This document shows, piece by piece, positions 23,301-37,082 of a stretch of 64,000 nucleotides of DNA; position 1 is the first letter of the stretch; each line of letters begins with the position of its first letter. The notes under the pieces are model-generated. The model saw only the letters and a program-made list of their open reading frames with translations, made no database searches and had not been told where the DNA came from. This DNA comes from Gnetum montanum. Its lineage: Eukaryota > Plantae > Gnetophyta. Made by a program: the position numbers and the translations under genes. The stretch covers positions 1,074,048-1,138,047 of the forward strand of contig MNCI01002813.1 of assembly GCA_015680685.1 (NCBI GenBank), given 5' to 3'.

Positions 23301-26300
23301 TCTTGCTACACCAGATCTCTCATGGAGTGTAGAACATGCTTGTGTGCTCCATGAGGTAATTGAATGGTTGGTTGGGGATTCTGTGATGTTCCACGCTCTC
23401 CCTTTTCTCTCTCTCATTATTTATTCATTCTCCATCTTTTCTATTCTATTCTTGTCCATGGTTGTGAGTGGTAGAAAGTTAATTGAGCAAATTGAAGGGT
23501 GAGATCTAGTCATCCAAGGGGACAAACTCGTGCTTCATGCTATTGTATCTCTAGTTGTTGAGAATTCATGAGTATCTCATCAACAAGTTTTACAAGGGTA
23601 GTAAAGACAAGTGCCTAATCTAGGAAGGATCCACTTATGAATCCTTAGTATCTTATCATCATATGTGAGTCATCTAAAGCTCATCTCTTAGTGACAATGT
23701 GAGTTACATTGCATATGACACTTGATTAGCCTCCCACTTGTGTGAGCTTCAACTCTTCAAGCTTCAAGGTTTGACAATGATAAATCCTATTCATTCACCT
23801 CAATTGTCTCTATATTTTATAATTTTTAGTATTATAATAAGTTTTATTTTATTCTAACCCTCTTTTCTATCCTTTGGTTCATGGGATTGCATAAATTCAT
23901 CATTCAACTTATTCCCCATGATTTGTCATGTTAGAAATAAAGGCTATTTAGATGTGACTTTCATCTAAACAACCTTTAATAATGCCAAAAAGGAATTAAA
24001 GGCTACTTCAATAAAATAATTTTGGTTGATTTTGGTCAAGTTATTTTGGAGGATAAATTTTTTAATAAAGATGATTTGAAGATGAGAAGATTAAAGTCTG
24101 TAAGCTATAGAAAATGTGAATAATTCCAAGCTTTTGATTTTTTTTATTTGGAATGGTACCAAATTTTTTTATGGGGGAGGATGGGTTGGGCATACGGGTT
24201 TTGGACCTCAAACAAATATTTCGAAAAAAAAAGTTCAAAGCACATCATATGCTTAATTAGTGAGTAAAAAGCCCTAGAAAAAATATAGAAATGCATAGCT
24301 TCCTAATTTTAAGGATGTTTGCTCATATAAACAAGCTTAAAATATATTATTAAAAAAATAATAGAGGAAAATTAATTTTTAGTAGGAATAATGATCCTAA
24401 TCCTAATAATAGTTACAACATTTTCAATATCTATGCTCGAACTTAAAATAGCAACAAGATGTGATGTAGTAATAGAAAGCTTTGAAAAAATTCCATGTTT
24501 TGTATAAGAGGAATGTACAAAAGAAAATGTTAATAAATCATATCCATTATAATTTACCTTACATCAAATCTCTTTATAATCTTCTAAAGCTTATCTATTA
24601 ACAAAATATGTCATCTTTAGATAGCTAGTAGTCTTCTTACATATCTTGTTTGGATCAATCAATACTTCATGTAGTAAAAGTAAAAGTATTCATAGAAGAT
24701 TTTTTCTTCTTTGGTTTGTTTACTTCCATTTTATTATTCTTATTATTGACATTATATTAATTTTTTATCTGTTCAACTTTAAAATAATTTTTACTATTCT
24801 TAGCTTTAACATGCTTTTTCTTTCCCTTAATATCAACACATTTCTTCTTCTTTTTAGCATCTTTTTTCTTGAGTAAAAAAAAAATATAAGCATTAAATAA
24901 ATTTCATTCATAATGAAAAAATTTACAAGAACTAGAAGGTTATAATATATGATTGGTTGAATATAAGTCTTGTTGCATACTTTTAATGCCAATTCCTTTT
25001 TATGATTAAGAAGATTGATTTCAATAAAGAAATATTTATGAGAACCAAATGATGTGAAAATATATTTCATATACTTAATGGGATCAAAAATACTCACAAT
25101 TCCTTATTCAAATTTTTAAAAAATTAGTCGAAGATTAAATAACTTTGGAAAACATAAAACTTTAGAATCCTCTTCAAATTTGACATCAAAATCTAGAGTC
25201 CACTTACAAATGATAAACACTAAATTCTTATGTATAAATGATCATATATCTATGGCATGTTGCATCATTGAAATTACCTAGCTCAAAAAATTAAAAAAAT
25301 GAGAATACCACTTAGCATAAATGTCTTGAATATCATGTATTTACATTACAGAATTTAACTGGGAGGTGAAACTTTGATTACCATGAAGATAACCTAAATT
25401 GAAATAAAAAGATATCATTATGTAAGATGAACGCCTAGTGACTCATACATATCATCAGGGAGAATAAAATTTAGTATTTTAGTTGTATCAACATTAGTAG
25501 AAGAAGATATTTGAAGTTTTTTCTCACTAGCTTGTAAATCTACATTCTTAGACTTAACAAAAATTCCCACATAAATAGAAGAAGTAGAAATTTTAGGATT
25601 GGTTAAGGAAATTAGAGATAATTTAGAATCCCTCATAAGATAATTCTAGAAAAATTTAATTTGGTAGAGAAAACTAAAAGAGAGAAAAATTAGAATCACT
25701 AGAAAATAATCATATCTCAATTTCTTCCCTAGAGTAAGACATTATGGCATGAGGTCAATCCAAAGGAATATAATACTTTCTAATTTGAAAGGTACCAAAA
25801 ATTGATGAATTGCTAATTGATCATTGGAATCATAGTTCTTTGAGATGAATCTACCTAGCTAAAAATTTTAAGTATTGCTAATCAATCCCATTCTAAGGAA
25901 ATAAAAGAGTTAAGGTATCCCTCCTTAAATTAGAAGACATAAAATATCAAATCATGTTCAACCATGTATAAGGTTGGCTATATGTTTTAGAATGTATTTC
26001 TAGTCAAATTTTATTTGAGTAATGACCATCCATAAAGGAAAAAAATTTATTATTTCATCTTCAAACATGCATTCAAAAATTATTATTTGAGTTAAAACCT
26101 TTCTTACATTAAACAAATTTAATTTTTTTTTTCATTGGAAGATAAGATTTACAAATTAATAGAGTATACCAAACATCCTCTTTTACTTCTTTTTGGATCT
26201 TCATCTTCTAATATTATCTATAAATTAAATATGTAAGTAAGAAAATAGTCTATCCAAGTAACATGTTGGTTAGGCACACAAAAATACAAAATTCTTACTC

Positions 26301-26317
26301 AAATTTTGATCAATGAT

Positions 26318-27204
26318 TGATAAATAGTAAATAAGTTGAATGCAACATTACATTTATGATATCATATCTACAATGTTGTAGTTGCGATATCCTATATTTT
26401 CATACAATATCACAAATGTGATGTATCTAAGGCTAGTGTTACTTATAAATGCTATCTACCCACTATAATGAATACAAATTTTTTATACCATTGTTACTAG
26501 ACTCTTGTAGTTTCTTTTCATAATTCTAGTAATAGTTAGTGAGTGCCTACAGTGTGCTTTAAGCAGTTATATGACATCCTTATTTGACTAGAATTAACTT
26601 GGATGGATTTATGAATGTAAATAAAAATCAAGATTGTTTCTAATCATAATAGTTCTATGACTTAGCATAGATTTTACTTTCTCATGTGATTTACATTCCT
26701 ATGAAATTTACAATTCTTTGAAATTAGTTTAATGTTTAATTTTCATCACATAATAACAACTTAACAAAATGAGCATAGTTAGTTTCAAGCATAATGTAGA
26801 ATCATTTGGTAACCTAATAGTGATATTACTTAGTACATCTAGTAGTATATTACTTGGTAGTCATAGTAATAGTTATATTAGTTTAAGATGTGTATGGTAA
26901 GCTAGAAATGGATGTTCATCACTCTAGACTCTTTAAGATTTACTTCCATTACTAATTAGATTAATTACTTAATTACAATGTTTTTCTTTAGCTTTCTTTA
27001 TATCAAACAACATCATATCATACTCCTCACTTTGGGTTAAACTATACATATTGAATTGCATAATCTAAGTTGGAAGATAATGATCAATGATCACATCTTA
27101 ACTATCTAGAAATAACTTTTAGTCCATCCATGAATTACAATTAGATAATTTGCAATCTATATGATTTTTGTAGTTGGACATAAGCTCTAGTTTACTACTC
27201 ATCA
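26318..27204 (+). repeat. Athila-like 5' LTR (GATATC-motif family)
   Basis: TGATAAATAGTA...TACTACTCATCA termini; TATA near 26444; homologous to the 37083 LTR; degenerate PBS follows. Confidence 0.8.
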
Positions 27205-27249
27205 TCCACATTGTTACTGAGGACAATGCTAAGTATTCTAATTTAGTTG

Positions 27250-27565
27250 ATATCATATCAGTTTGTTGTGTAAGAATGTAAAAATTCATCTTTCAAGAAG
27301 CTTAATATTTCTAAAAGACAAAAATACAACATATAATTGACTAAACATGACTGTTTAGCATATGACTAATTTTACAATTATTGACAACATTACTAAGTGC
27401 AATGATAAGATTTGTATTATGGAAACTTGGAGTGGATCATTCCAAACAAGCATCTATTATGCCCATTTAGACCCTTAGTATTCTAATTTTACCTTCATCA
27501 TTCATAAAGATAAATAGTTTTGATGGAGAAACTTGCAAGTAAATATTGTATTATCATCTGATACT
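27250..27565 (+). pseudogene. Truncated gag N-terminal extension
   Basis: YAHLDP*YSNFTFIIHKDK*F*WRNLQVNIVL matches motifs at about 6500 and 38185. Confidence 0.65.
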
Positions 27566-30500
27566 ATTATTATTGCTATTGGTGGTTTCCTACATAAGTG
27601 AATGCAATTTTCTTACTAGGGTATTTTGTTAAAGTTTTGGATTCTTTTATTTACTAAAAATTGAGCTTAGCCATAAATCTACTATATATTTTATAAAAAA
27701 TATTGAAATCCAATTACCACAAAAAATTTTTCTTTTTGTTATTGATTAACTCCATTCACACTGCATGTTGTTCTTTTAAGATCTAGTTTTGATCATAGCT
27801 AGGATGACTATTAGGTTACCAAAAATATGTCTAGATTGTACTAGCCACTAGAAGCTTAATCTAGGTGAGATGATATTATGAAAGCTAGGCATAAGCATGG
27901 TAAGGGCAAAGATTACTTCATTTGGCATCACCATTATAACAACCCTACTATAGATTCCTCTTAATCCTTAGTATGTTTGTGATTAGAACCCTTGATGTCT
28001 TGTTCATTAGCCTATGTCTTATGCTTTATTAACATTTTTTTTGTTATTGACTATGCTTATATGGTTCGAGTCTTAGACGAGTAACCCTAGGTCATAGGTT
28101 CAATTATATTAGGTATCACTAAGTTAAACTTCTTAAAATCTTGGGATGTACCTATGTTTCACTTATTTTGGGTTCCAATAGCCTTGACTATGCTTTTATG
28201 ATTTGAGTTATGTGGCATGCTATTTCCTTTTTAGTGGACTTTTATTTTTAATATATTTTAATGTTTTCTTGTAATTTTATGTTCTTTATAGTATTTTTTG
28301 ATATTTTAATATTTTCAGCATTTTGATTTTTTTCCTTAATTTGCTGTAATTAGTTTTTGGGCCTTCAAAGCATCCTCCCCAATGATATTAAATCTTTTTG
28401 AGATCATAAATCAAACAACTTTTCCTTAAGAGTAACATTTTGCCTTACCTTGTGAACATCTAGAAAATTGAGCCAAAGAAGGAGAATTTGCTAGATTGAC
28501 TAATAGCTAGCGACATCTAGATCTACAACTAATTAGATCTATGTCATCAACTAGGATCTTGTATGTTATGTTTACAAATCTTATTCTAAATCTTGTTTAT
28601 ATCACATTATTGATCCACCATTTTGCCGAGGATTTGGAGCATGTTAGGGAGATCAAAGCCACATAAGTATCCTTTAATGTAGCATTATTGGTTCCAATTA
28701 GGATAATTTGGTTTTTTTCTTCCTTGGTTTTTGGTTGTGTTTAGTGCACATTCATTTGGCCAATTTTTTTTATTCAAAAATTGTTTAGAAATTTACTTGA
28801 TTTCTTAAATATGAATATTTTAATATTAATTTCTACAATTTGGCTATTTGTAAGATATGTTATCATGCATGGGATCTTAGTCAACATTTTGATTAAGTTT
28901 GACAATGTTTTGACTAGTTTTGATCATGTTTTACTTTCATTCTAAATTTTTCTAATAATTTAACCATAAAACTAGGGTTTTGTACCATTTTTCATATTTT
29001 GATCCTTAAGATGACTTTGGATGATGTTGTCCTAGAAGGAAAAAATGCTTATTACATTAGCAGTGATCACAAGATGTCCTTGCTAGTCCATCATGACTTG
29101 GTTGCAAGGTTGCAATGATTATTTTGATATATTTTTTGATTCCTTGTGGAAAATAAAGCAACTTATGTAAAGCAACCCCTATCCTCCAAACAACAAGAAG
29201 TTGAGAAAATGACCAAAAATGATGTTTTTAAGACTCATGAAATGCTTGAAAAGTATAAATCAATAGCTATTTAAGTTTTCGTAGCTATAGAAGCCTAGAA
29301 TGGCTCTAAGGTGTTTAGATCTTCATTTGGTAATATATTAATATTTTTTACACTTTCATCTATAATATTTTAATATTTTAAAAACACACCTCTCTAAAGA
29401 TCTCATGGGATACAAGCACTAGTTATGAGGCTAGAAATACAAGCTACCCATGCCTAAAGATATTTCTCTAAGGCCCAAATTTCTTTCTTAAAACAGCCAA
29501 CTACTTTCTTATTTTGTTCTTCTTCTTATGGAGTAATGATCATTCCTTGTGGTTGTTATATTCTCATGGTTGTAGGAGAGGAGGAGCCCAGCAATGCAAG
29601 GCTACTACTAATGGTATGGACTTGATTTAAAACTTGAATGGGCTAGTATATGGATAACATTAATCACTCAATTCGTAAGAATCTTTTGCCATAATGATCC
29701 AGACTCTCATGCCCCAATTTCTCTACAAATCCTTTCTAAACTCCATTGTTCTCACCTCACTACTACATACCATGGTATTTTCGATCTTGTAGACTACATA
29801 GTCCTAGAGATAGTAGTTATGTCAATATTTTATTTGATTTGGATCAAAATTAAATTTCCAAGGTATCTCTAGACTCCTTGTGATATAGTTATGCAAGGGT
29901 ATTTTGGGCATATGCCTACTTTAGGGAGAATGCATTTGCATAGCTATTGGAACATCTAGTTTAAACCCCATCACCAAGAACCTTGGTTCATGTGACTACA
30001 ATCTTGATAATTTTCATCATCCAACTTGGTGTTTTCTTTTATTTTGTTTTAAAAACATGTCTCCTTCAAGTGTTCACAAAGCTTATTTCACTCTAAATCT
30101 TGATCAAAAAACTAATGATTTATTGTTTAACTTATTTTCACTTCTATTTGACTTTCATTTAGCTCTTTTTTTACCTCCAAACTTTCCAAAAACACCTTAG
30201 TTTCTTAATTTAAAAATGTATGTGAATGGCTACATCAACAAATATCCTTTCACATAACCCAAAAAACTATATATATGCATGAACCTTAGCATCAAACTTC
30301 ACAATTTACTTTAAATATGAAGGAAGTTTTTGTAATTTTCAAAGCTCAACAAATTTTAAAAATTCATAAATTCTTCTCAACCTACTTGATTTGACCAATT
30401 TTTTTATCTATGAGCTTTTGCAGGTATGTTCTACATCATGGGGCCATCAACTCCAAAGTTTATTAATAAATTTTACTAATACCTTGAAGATTAGGTATTA

Positions 30501-30711
30501 AAATAATACCAAAAGAAGAAAATATCGGTAACACCACTAAATTAACTATCTTTAGAATCTATTTTAAAAATAATTTTTTACATCTACAAATGCTTGAAAA
30601 TCTTAATTACTAAATCTTTCACCATTACTAACCCAAAAACATTGATTGGAATGTATTTAGAATTAAGAGATGACATAAAAAATTAATCTAGGGTCATCTA
30701 TGTGATTCTAG

Positions 30712-33700
30712 ATGGCACCAAAATGGAGATTGCAAGTAGGTTGGCCATCATAACCTAGGAAGAAAAGATTGAGGGGATGAAGAGCATAGCAACTATGACA
30801 ATTACAATAATAAAAGAAAACTTGCTGAAGTGATGCATGCCACTTGCTGTAATGATGGAAAATGTCGGTTGCTGGAAACACCGAGGGGACTTTCCATGTA
30901 CACAGTTTTAACCCTAGACCCACGCGAGGGTTGTGCTAGAGAAAACGAATCCAAGGTGCCTTGAACAATATTGTCGATCAAACAGGGACTTACTTAGTCA
31001 GTAAATTTTTCAACGATCATATAACGAGGTGACGATTTGACACGAAAATATATTGTCGATCTATGAGAAAACAAGATCTGTTCCAAGATCAGATTTTGAA
31101 GGCAATGAAGGCAATGTAAATTATGCAAAATGATTGTAGAATTCAATGTGAATAGGGCGCAATGAATTGAATTTGGAACATGCACGATCCCAATATCTGG
31201 AATCCACCTTATAAATAAATATGATGAATACAATGAGATTTACAAGCAGACTCCGATTTGGATGAAGTATCCACCACCAACAAGAAGCTACTTAGAGCTT
31301 AAACAAGCAAAGGCCAATCTACCTTGTTTACTAGCCAATCTGGGTGCAAGGGAGTCAGGCTCGAAGCAAAGTGTCTGCTAACTTGAATTCTCTGGTCAAA
31401 AGCTTCTCCCTTTCACCATCGATGCTCTTCTATTGCCAACTCTTTCTTGTCGTCTCGCCAATATTTGCCCCAAAGCTGTCAAAATTGTCAACCCTTTGAG
31501 CATTGTCCACCAGGGCATTTATAAGATTAGGGTTAGGAGAAGAACACAGTTTAGATGATGCATGTCCTAGGTCAAAAAATACCATTGACCTAATGTTCTA
31601 TAGCTGAAGCTTGCAACGCTACACTATGCTACGCTCTAAAGCGTAGTATAGCGTAACCACCCTCGTCTTTAGCCTTGAAGGATTTCTAGATCTTTAGTAG
31701 CGAATTGTCTCGTGACTACGCTGCGATACGCTGGGGAGCATATCCTAGCGTAATGACTGCCACTGTTTGAATTTTATTATGCGTGTTGTCACAGCTAAAT
31801 TACCTGTGCCACTTGTGTTATGCTGCATAGCGTAACGCAACGTAATATGGCAAAAGTTAAGATTTTTGAACATGGCTAACTTGTGAAGTTTAAGTGTTAT
31901 TGTTGTGTGTTCCTTATTCTATTTTGTTCTCCTAGAGTCTACTACACTGAGCTACGTAGCGTAGGGTAGTAGGTCCTTAGTCGAAAAAGGAAATGTTCCA
32001 CTTGTGGAAATCCTTGCCTAAGCCTTGAGACTTTGCTGAATCATCGAGGTCTCAAAATTTCACGGTGTTTCACTTGCATCGTATGAGAAGAAGTTAAGAT
32101 GGAATCTATCTATTAGATTTTCATCATAGAGATAGGGAAATCCAAGTCAAATAAGGTTCCAAGATCAAAGACCAACCTAGAAGTCACTCTCACAAAGGCT
32201 TACCTTGAGAAGGTAAGAAGCAAGAAACTCCAAAGCATAGTTTTCCAAGAATTAAACTTTGGATCCTTCCTAGAGTTGGCATAGAAAAAGACCCAAATGT
32301 AGCTATAAGGAACATTGTTATAACCTAAAATTTACACTAGTAGGAAATGGTTCCTTGGGAAGATGTATCCTTCTAGATTAACTACCAAGGAAATGTAGTC
32401 ATAAATATCAAAGATATCACCATCTCTAACTCTGTAGAAGCCATCACCAAAATTCTTAGATTATCTAACATCAAAGAAAATTCAGTAGAAGATTCCACCT
32501 AGGCAAATGCAAATATTAAGAAAGAATAGACTCAGTAATGCTATGGAGTGGACTATAAGGAGTATGGTGTCATAACTAAAGAAAAGCATGCCTACTTTAA
32601 GATTGTATCTTATTATCTTAATCCAATGGCAAGGCCAAGAAAGGTTATGACAATATCTACAAGGATGTTTGCAACTTCGAGTGGAAAATTCTTAGTCAAC
32701 CTTACTTAGCACATATTCTTGAAGAGTGAGAAAAGATTCAAGAAGAATAAGGGTTGAAAGATACTTTGCATTCCATGCCTCATTCAAAAACTCTACCAAA
32801 GTGGAGGAATAGCTCACTACTCAAATGATGTAGTTTTCACGACTCTAGCTCATCATGGTAAGAGATGATAAAAGACAAAGCCACTACTAAGCTCCAAGAG
32901 AAGGCATCACCTTCCTCACCACTAGCAGCACATGAGATGATGTCTAAAATAATAACCACAATCAAACTCATAAGTAAATTTAGGAACTAGTAGTTGCAAC
33001 AATAATCTTCTAGAGTGGTAAGAGATCCTTAGTGTAACGTCTAATTAGAAGCCATCTCAATGAGATTGCAAGACCCATCAACTTGCTAGCAGATGACCTA
33101 GCCCATCTATTCTCTACATGAACCAGGCTCTTGTTCACACTAATCCCAACGCCTAAGATGTCACTATGTTTTTTTTAGGAACAACCATTTCCTAAAATCT
33201 CTAGGAAGATAGCAGCACTCTTTGTCATGCTAGAGAAAAGGAAAGGCACAACAACCTTAGTAATACTACATAACGGCTAAAAGAAAGTAGCAAAGGTTGT
33301 CATAGGTAGAATTAGAGAAGTTTTAAGTGCTCCTATAGTTTTCATTCTTAATATTACAACAATGATAGACATTCAAATGTCTATATTAGCCAAAAGTAAG
33401 GGAATGAGTATAATGTAGCACAAGAAAGCATTAGAGAAACTAGTTAAACCAAGAAACCATTTAAACAACCCAATCATAACTAGTAGAAATAAGAAATAAC
33501 CTCTTATTCACTCAAAAATAACTCGAGAAATCCATCAATAATAATAAATGATTGATAATAAAGATTACAGAATTGAGAGCTTGATTGTTAGACCCATCGA
33601 TTCTCTAGCCAAAACTTACTAGGTATGAAGCTTTTCAACAAATTCAGCAAAGACCTAGCAGGCCAAGAATGCCAAAGAAATTATGATCTTTGATGCATCA

Positions 33701-34730
33701 CTATTTGAAGCTATGATGAATTTTATGAGTCATGATCTTTGAGACACATGAAAAGAAAATATCTCTAACCAAGGTTAATTATTTTTTGCAAATATTTGAA
33801 GAGTAGAAGGAATGCATGCTAAAATACATTTGCCAATAATATGAATAGCTTACCAAGGTAAACTAAGATGTCAAGAGATTGCCTACAAAAAAGAGAAACC
33901 TCTTAATGGTGAAAGTTCATGTCCTTTATCAAAAGACTACCATCAAGATTACCGCCTGGAAGAAAGATGTCCTTCAATATGGAAAGGTAAAGAATGATTA
34001 TAGGAACTAGGTTAGAATGCTTAAAAGGATAAATTAAAAAGAGACCAAGTTAGCAAAGGAAAATTTGAATGAAGCTATTTAGCAACTTCAAAAAGAGATG
34101 ATGCATGATAGCCCATCTTTGATGAACTTAATGCAAACGTTCAACCTGAAATCCACCTGAAGAAGTTACAAATTAAGAAGGTGATGGAGTATATAGAGTT
34201 AGCCAATCTCTGATATGAAAACTTAGCAATTTTAATTACAATAAGGGTAAGGTTAGAGTTAGAGAAGTGCCCAACTCCTACCTTCTTTACGAGGCAGATT
34301 TCATGCTCCATAGGGAAGCAAAATAAAAGTTGGTAATAGGTAATGCAAAGCTTGATGTTCTCAATAGTAAGTTCAAAGATTAATGATTAGTTGCTAAGAA
34401 CCTAACTAGAAGGATGAATGGCATACAAGAACTAAAGAATCTTATCCATATGTTCAACATGGAATGTACATGCTTTTTTGCCTAGTTTATAAATATGCAA
34501 GAAATGTTTCTAATGATGCCATGTCTATGGAACATACCAATGTCAGCTAGTCTAGTTGATGCTACATGGACTATTAATGACCATGGAATAAGGAGGAGAA
34601 GATAAAGGCACTATTGAATGTCTTCAAATTTTCAAATGTAGCAGTAGTGCAACCTAGAACATCTACTAGATTAGGACATGACGAAGGACCACTCGAGGCA
34701 TAAGAGCCTCCACTAGCAGACACAATATGA
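30712..34730 (+). pseudogene. E2 accessory ORF, interrupted by a solo LTR
   Basis: Starts MAPK; contains NFGSF and IPCLIQKL; coiled-coil region; ends EPPLADTI*. Collinear with 14083-16923. Confidence 0.75.
30831..32081 (-). mobile_element. Younger insertion, probably a solo LTR of a different family
   Basis: CpG-retaining 1.25-kb non-coding block splitting the E2 ORF; ends TGATGCA...TGCATCG; minus-strand TATA near 31520 with an upstream palindromic array. TSD not resolved. Confidence 0.65.
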
Positions 34731-34958
34731 CAAAATCATCTTGATTAATCTTTTGTAGCAAGTGATCACCAAATTTTATTTTTTGTCTACTTTTGATTAC
34801 TCTCATTGTAAAAACTTGAATACTTTGTAATGTGACATTCAAAGTTGTTTATTATTGTTCGTCAATGAGTCATTAGTACTATACTCCATAAATTTTGTAA
34901 ACAACTTGGTCCCACTTTTATTTACTTGAGGATGAGGTTTTAGTTAATAATGGCGATA

Positions 34959-35800
34959 TGATGAAGAGTCTCTTAGTAAGCTACATCGACAAACATATGT
35001 TGATGCAACCTTATTGATGCATCCCCATTTTGTATCCTCAAATACATTAATACATATGCTTCAATTTCATTCCACCTTAAGCCTATATAAATGCACACAC
35101 CATCTACATTTAGGATATCTTTCATCATTTTTGAAGGAAATATCTTGTAGTCTATTTTAGTAGAACTTAGCTAAATTTTCCTTTGAATGTCCACAACGTT
35201 GAATGAATTAATCAAATAAAGTTTTATTTTCATGGCATTGTACTTAGACGCATTCCATGAACAAAAATAAAATCAACATTAATTCCTTCTATTGTAACAC
35301 ATAGATTAGCAATTATTTTCTTTCCAACCACTTTATGTTTTAATGAATTTTACTTTTTTACACTTAGGAAATTAATATTTTATTTTGTATCAAAGTAGGC
35401 ATGACTACTTCAAACATAACGTATTAATGCTTGGTAATCCTAAGAGTGAATACTTGGTTCACCATGCAGTAGATACTTGGTAAACCTAGTAACATTAATA
35501 TAGGTTTGGGATGGGTACAGAAAGTGGGAATAGATGCTTTACACTTAGGATAGCCTACATCACCCGTAGATGAACAGTTAGCTAAACTTTACTATTTTAA
35601 TCATCTTACTATCTTAATAATTTAATGATAGAAAATATAAATATCTTATGCCTTAGTCTTACTTAACTATATCCACCAAGCTAATATAAGTGATGATGGG
35701 GAAGATAATGACGAGCAACCAAACACCTAGTCATCTAAGATAATTAGGACTTAGAGATTTCATGGAACTCAATCAAATCACACACATAATTCACTCATCA
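34959..35800 (+). repeat. E2 3' LTR
   Basis: TGATGAAG...ACTCATCA after the PPT; homologous to E1 LTR blocks. Confidence 0.8.
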
Positions 35801-35829
35801 TAATTCAATCACTTTTTTTCTTTTTTAAG

Positions 35830-36990
35830 ATACAAAAATATGATACAATGATGGTTCATGTTCCGTAGTATGGTTCCAATAATGCTTTATAAATAAGAAG
35901 ACCCTTATTGATGTAATACTTTGAGTTTCTTGCAATAAATATTGTTGTACAAATTTTTGCTCCCAATTTCCTGTATCTCATCACTTATATCTCAACATTT
36001 CATATTCCATCAAACTCCATCTGTTTCGCATAGTTTCTGATACATATATCATTAAATTCAATGCTTGAAACTATTCCATCTCTACATTAACATTAATCCT
36101 CCTTGCAATTGTTGTAATATTGTATTTTATTTTTATTTATGATAATTCATCAACAATTCACAAGATTCCATCATCAAGATAGAAGTTAGAAAGTCATTAT
36201 CAAATCCTATTGAATTTACCACAAATCAAAAATTCATTCATCAAATATCAGAGTTCCTTATTGAAGAACTTCTCAAGGTGAATTTGCATATTCAAAGTTC
36301 ATTGGATTCTAATTTTTAAAACACAAGATATTCATCAAAATTAATTTCACCATGACTTGTGATCAAGTCATGGTATGACAAGTTAACTAACCATGAGTTC
36401 ACCATGACTCATAGTATTCTAGATTTTAGAATTTTAATACCAATTACTCAAACTTTCTTTGTGGTGAAGTCATGATCATCTAGAACATTGACTCATGGTA
36501 ATTGTGTATACTTGAACTAGGACTCATGGTTGACTCATGCTAAACATTAGAATAAGGTAAGTTCCTAGCTTGCAAAAATCATAACTCATGCTAAACTTTA
36601 GAAGAAGGAAAATTTACTACAACTCATGGTCAAGTCATGCCAAAGTTGGAGAACCCTATTTTTTTTTTTATAAACCATGACTCATGTTATGATACCATAA
36701 CTCTCTGTATTTAGTTTGCAAAGACTATGACTCATGGTCAATTCATGGTTAACTTTTGGTATCCTCAAAAAACCTTGATCTCCATTTTCAACAACTTCAT
36801 GACTCATGTTGTAAAATCATGAATTATGGTACTAAAGTTTGTAAAGAACATGACTTGTGGTTAAGTAGTGGTCAACACATAGTTAGCAAAGAATTAGAAT
36901 TTTGACATATCATGAAATAATAAGCTAGTAGTTTTCATACATAAATCCAATAACTATAGGATTAAGACTCCAACATGTGGATGTTCCACT
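35830..36990 (-). mobile_element. Possible PIF/Harbinger (Pong-like) DNA transposon end remnant
   Basis: Tourist-like terminus CATGTGGATGTTCC (36974-36987), subterminal palindromic array, and a decayed minus-strand frame (..GNWEQKFVQQYL..HEPSLY) weakly like a Harbinger transposase N-terminus. Confidence 0.35.
36345..36880. repeat. Dense array of CCATGACTCATGG-like palindromic motifs
   Basis: Seven exact GACTCAT copies plus AACTCAT, AAGTCATG and GACTTGTG variants in about 540 bp. Confidence 0.9.
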
Positions 36991-37082
36991 AACTAGATCA
37001 CCTACACACTTTCTTAAAAAAACACATTATATAAGTTCTTAGCTTATTTAATGAAGATAATTTTCCATTATAAACATAATAT

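Larger units (their letters stand above)
28200..35800 (+). mobile_element. E2: 3' half of an Athila-like element (spacer, accessory gene, PPT, 3' LTR)
   Basis: Spacer blocks homologous to E1 12790-13810; accessory ORF; PPT region 34925-34958; LTR. Left boundary approximate. Confidence 0.8.

Noticed and set aside
28040-28210. TTGACTATGCTT(A/T)TATG repeat pair about 137 bp apart
   Set aside because: Only two degenerate copies; a simple local duplication is sufficient explanation.
26318-35800. One intact element bounded by LTRs 26318-27204 and 34959-35800
   Set aside because: The LTRs have different U3 motifs and low similarity, and the flanks (ATGAT vs TAATT) do not form a TSD.
36345-36880. 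CRISPR-like repeat-spacer array
   Set aside because: Repeats are short (9-13 nt), irregularly spaced and in both orientations; no cas genes; plant context.
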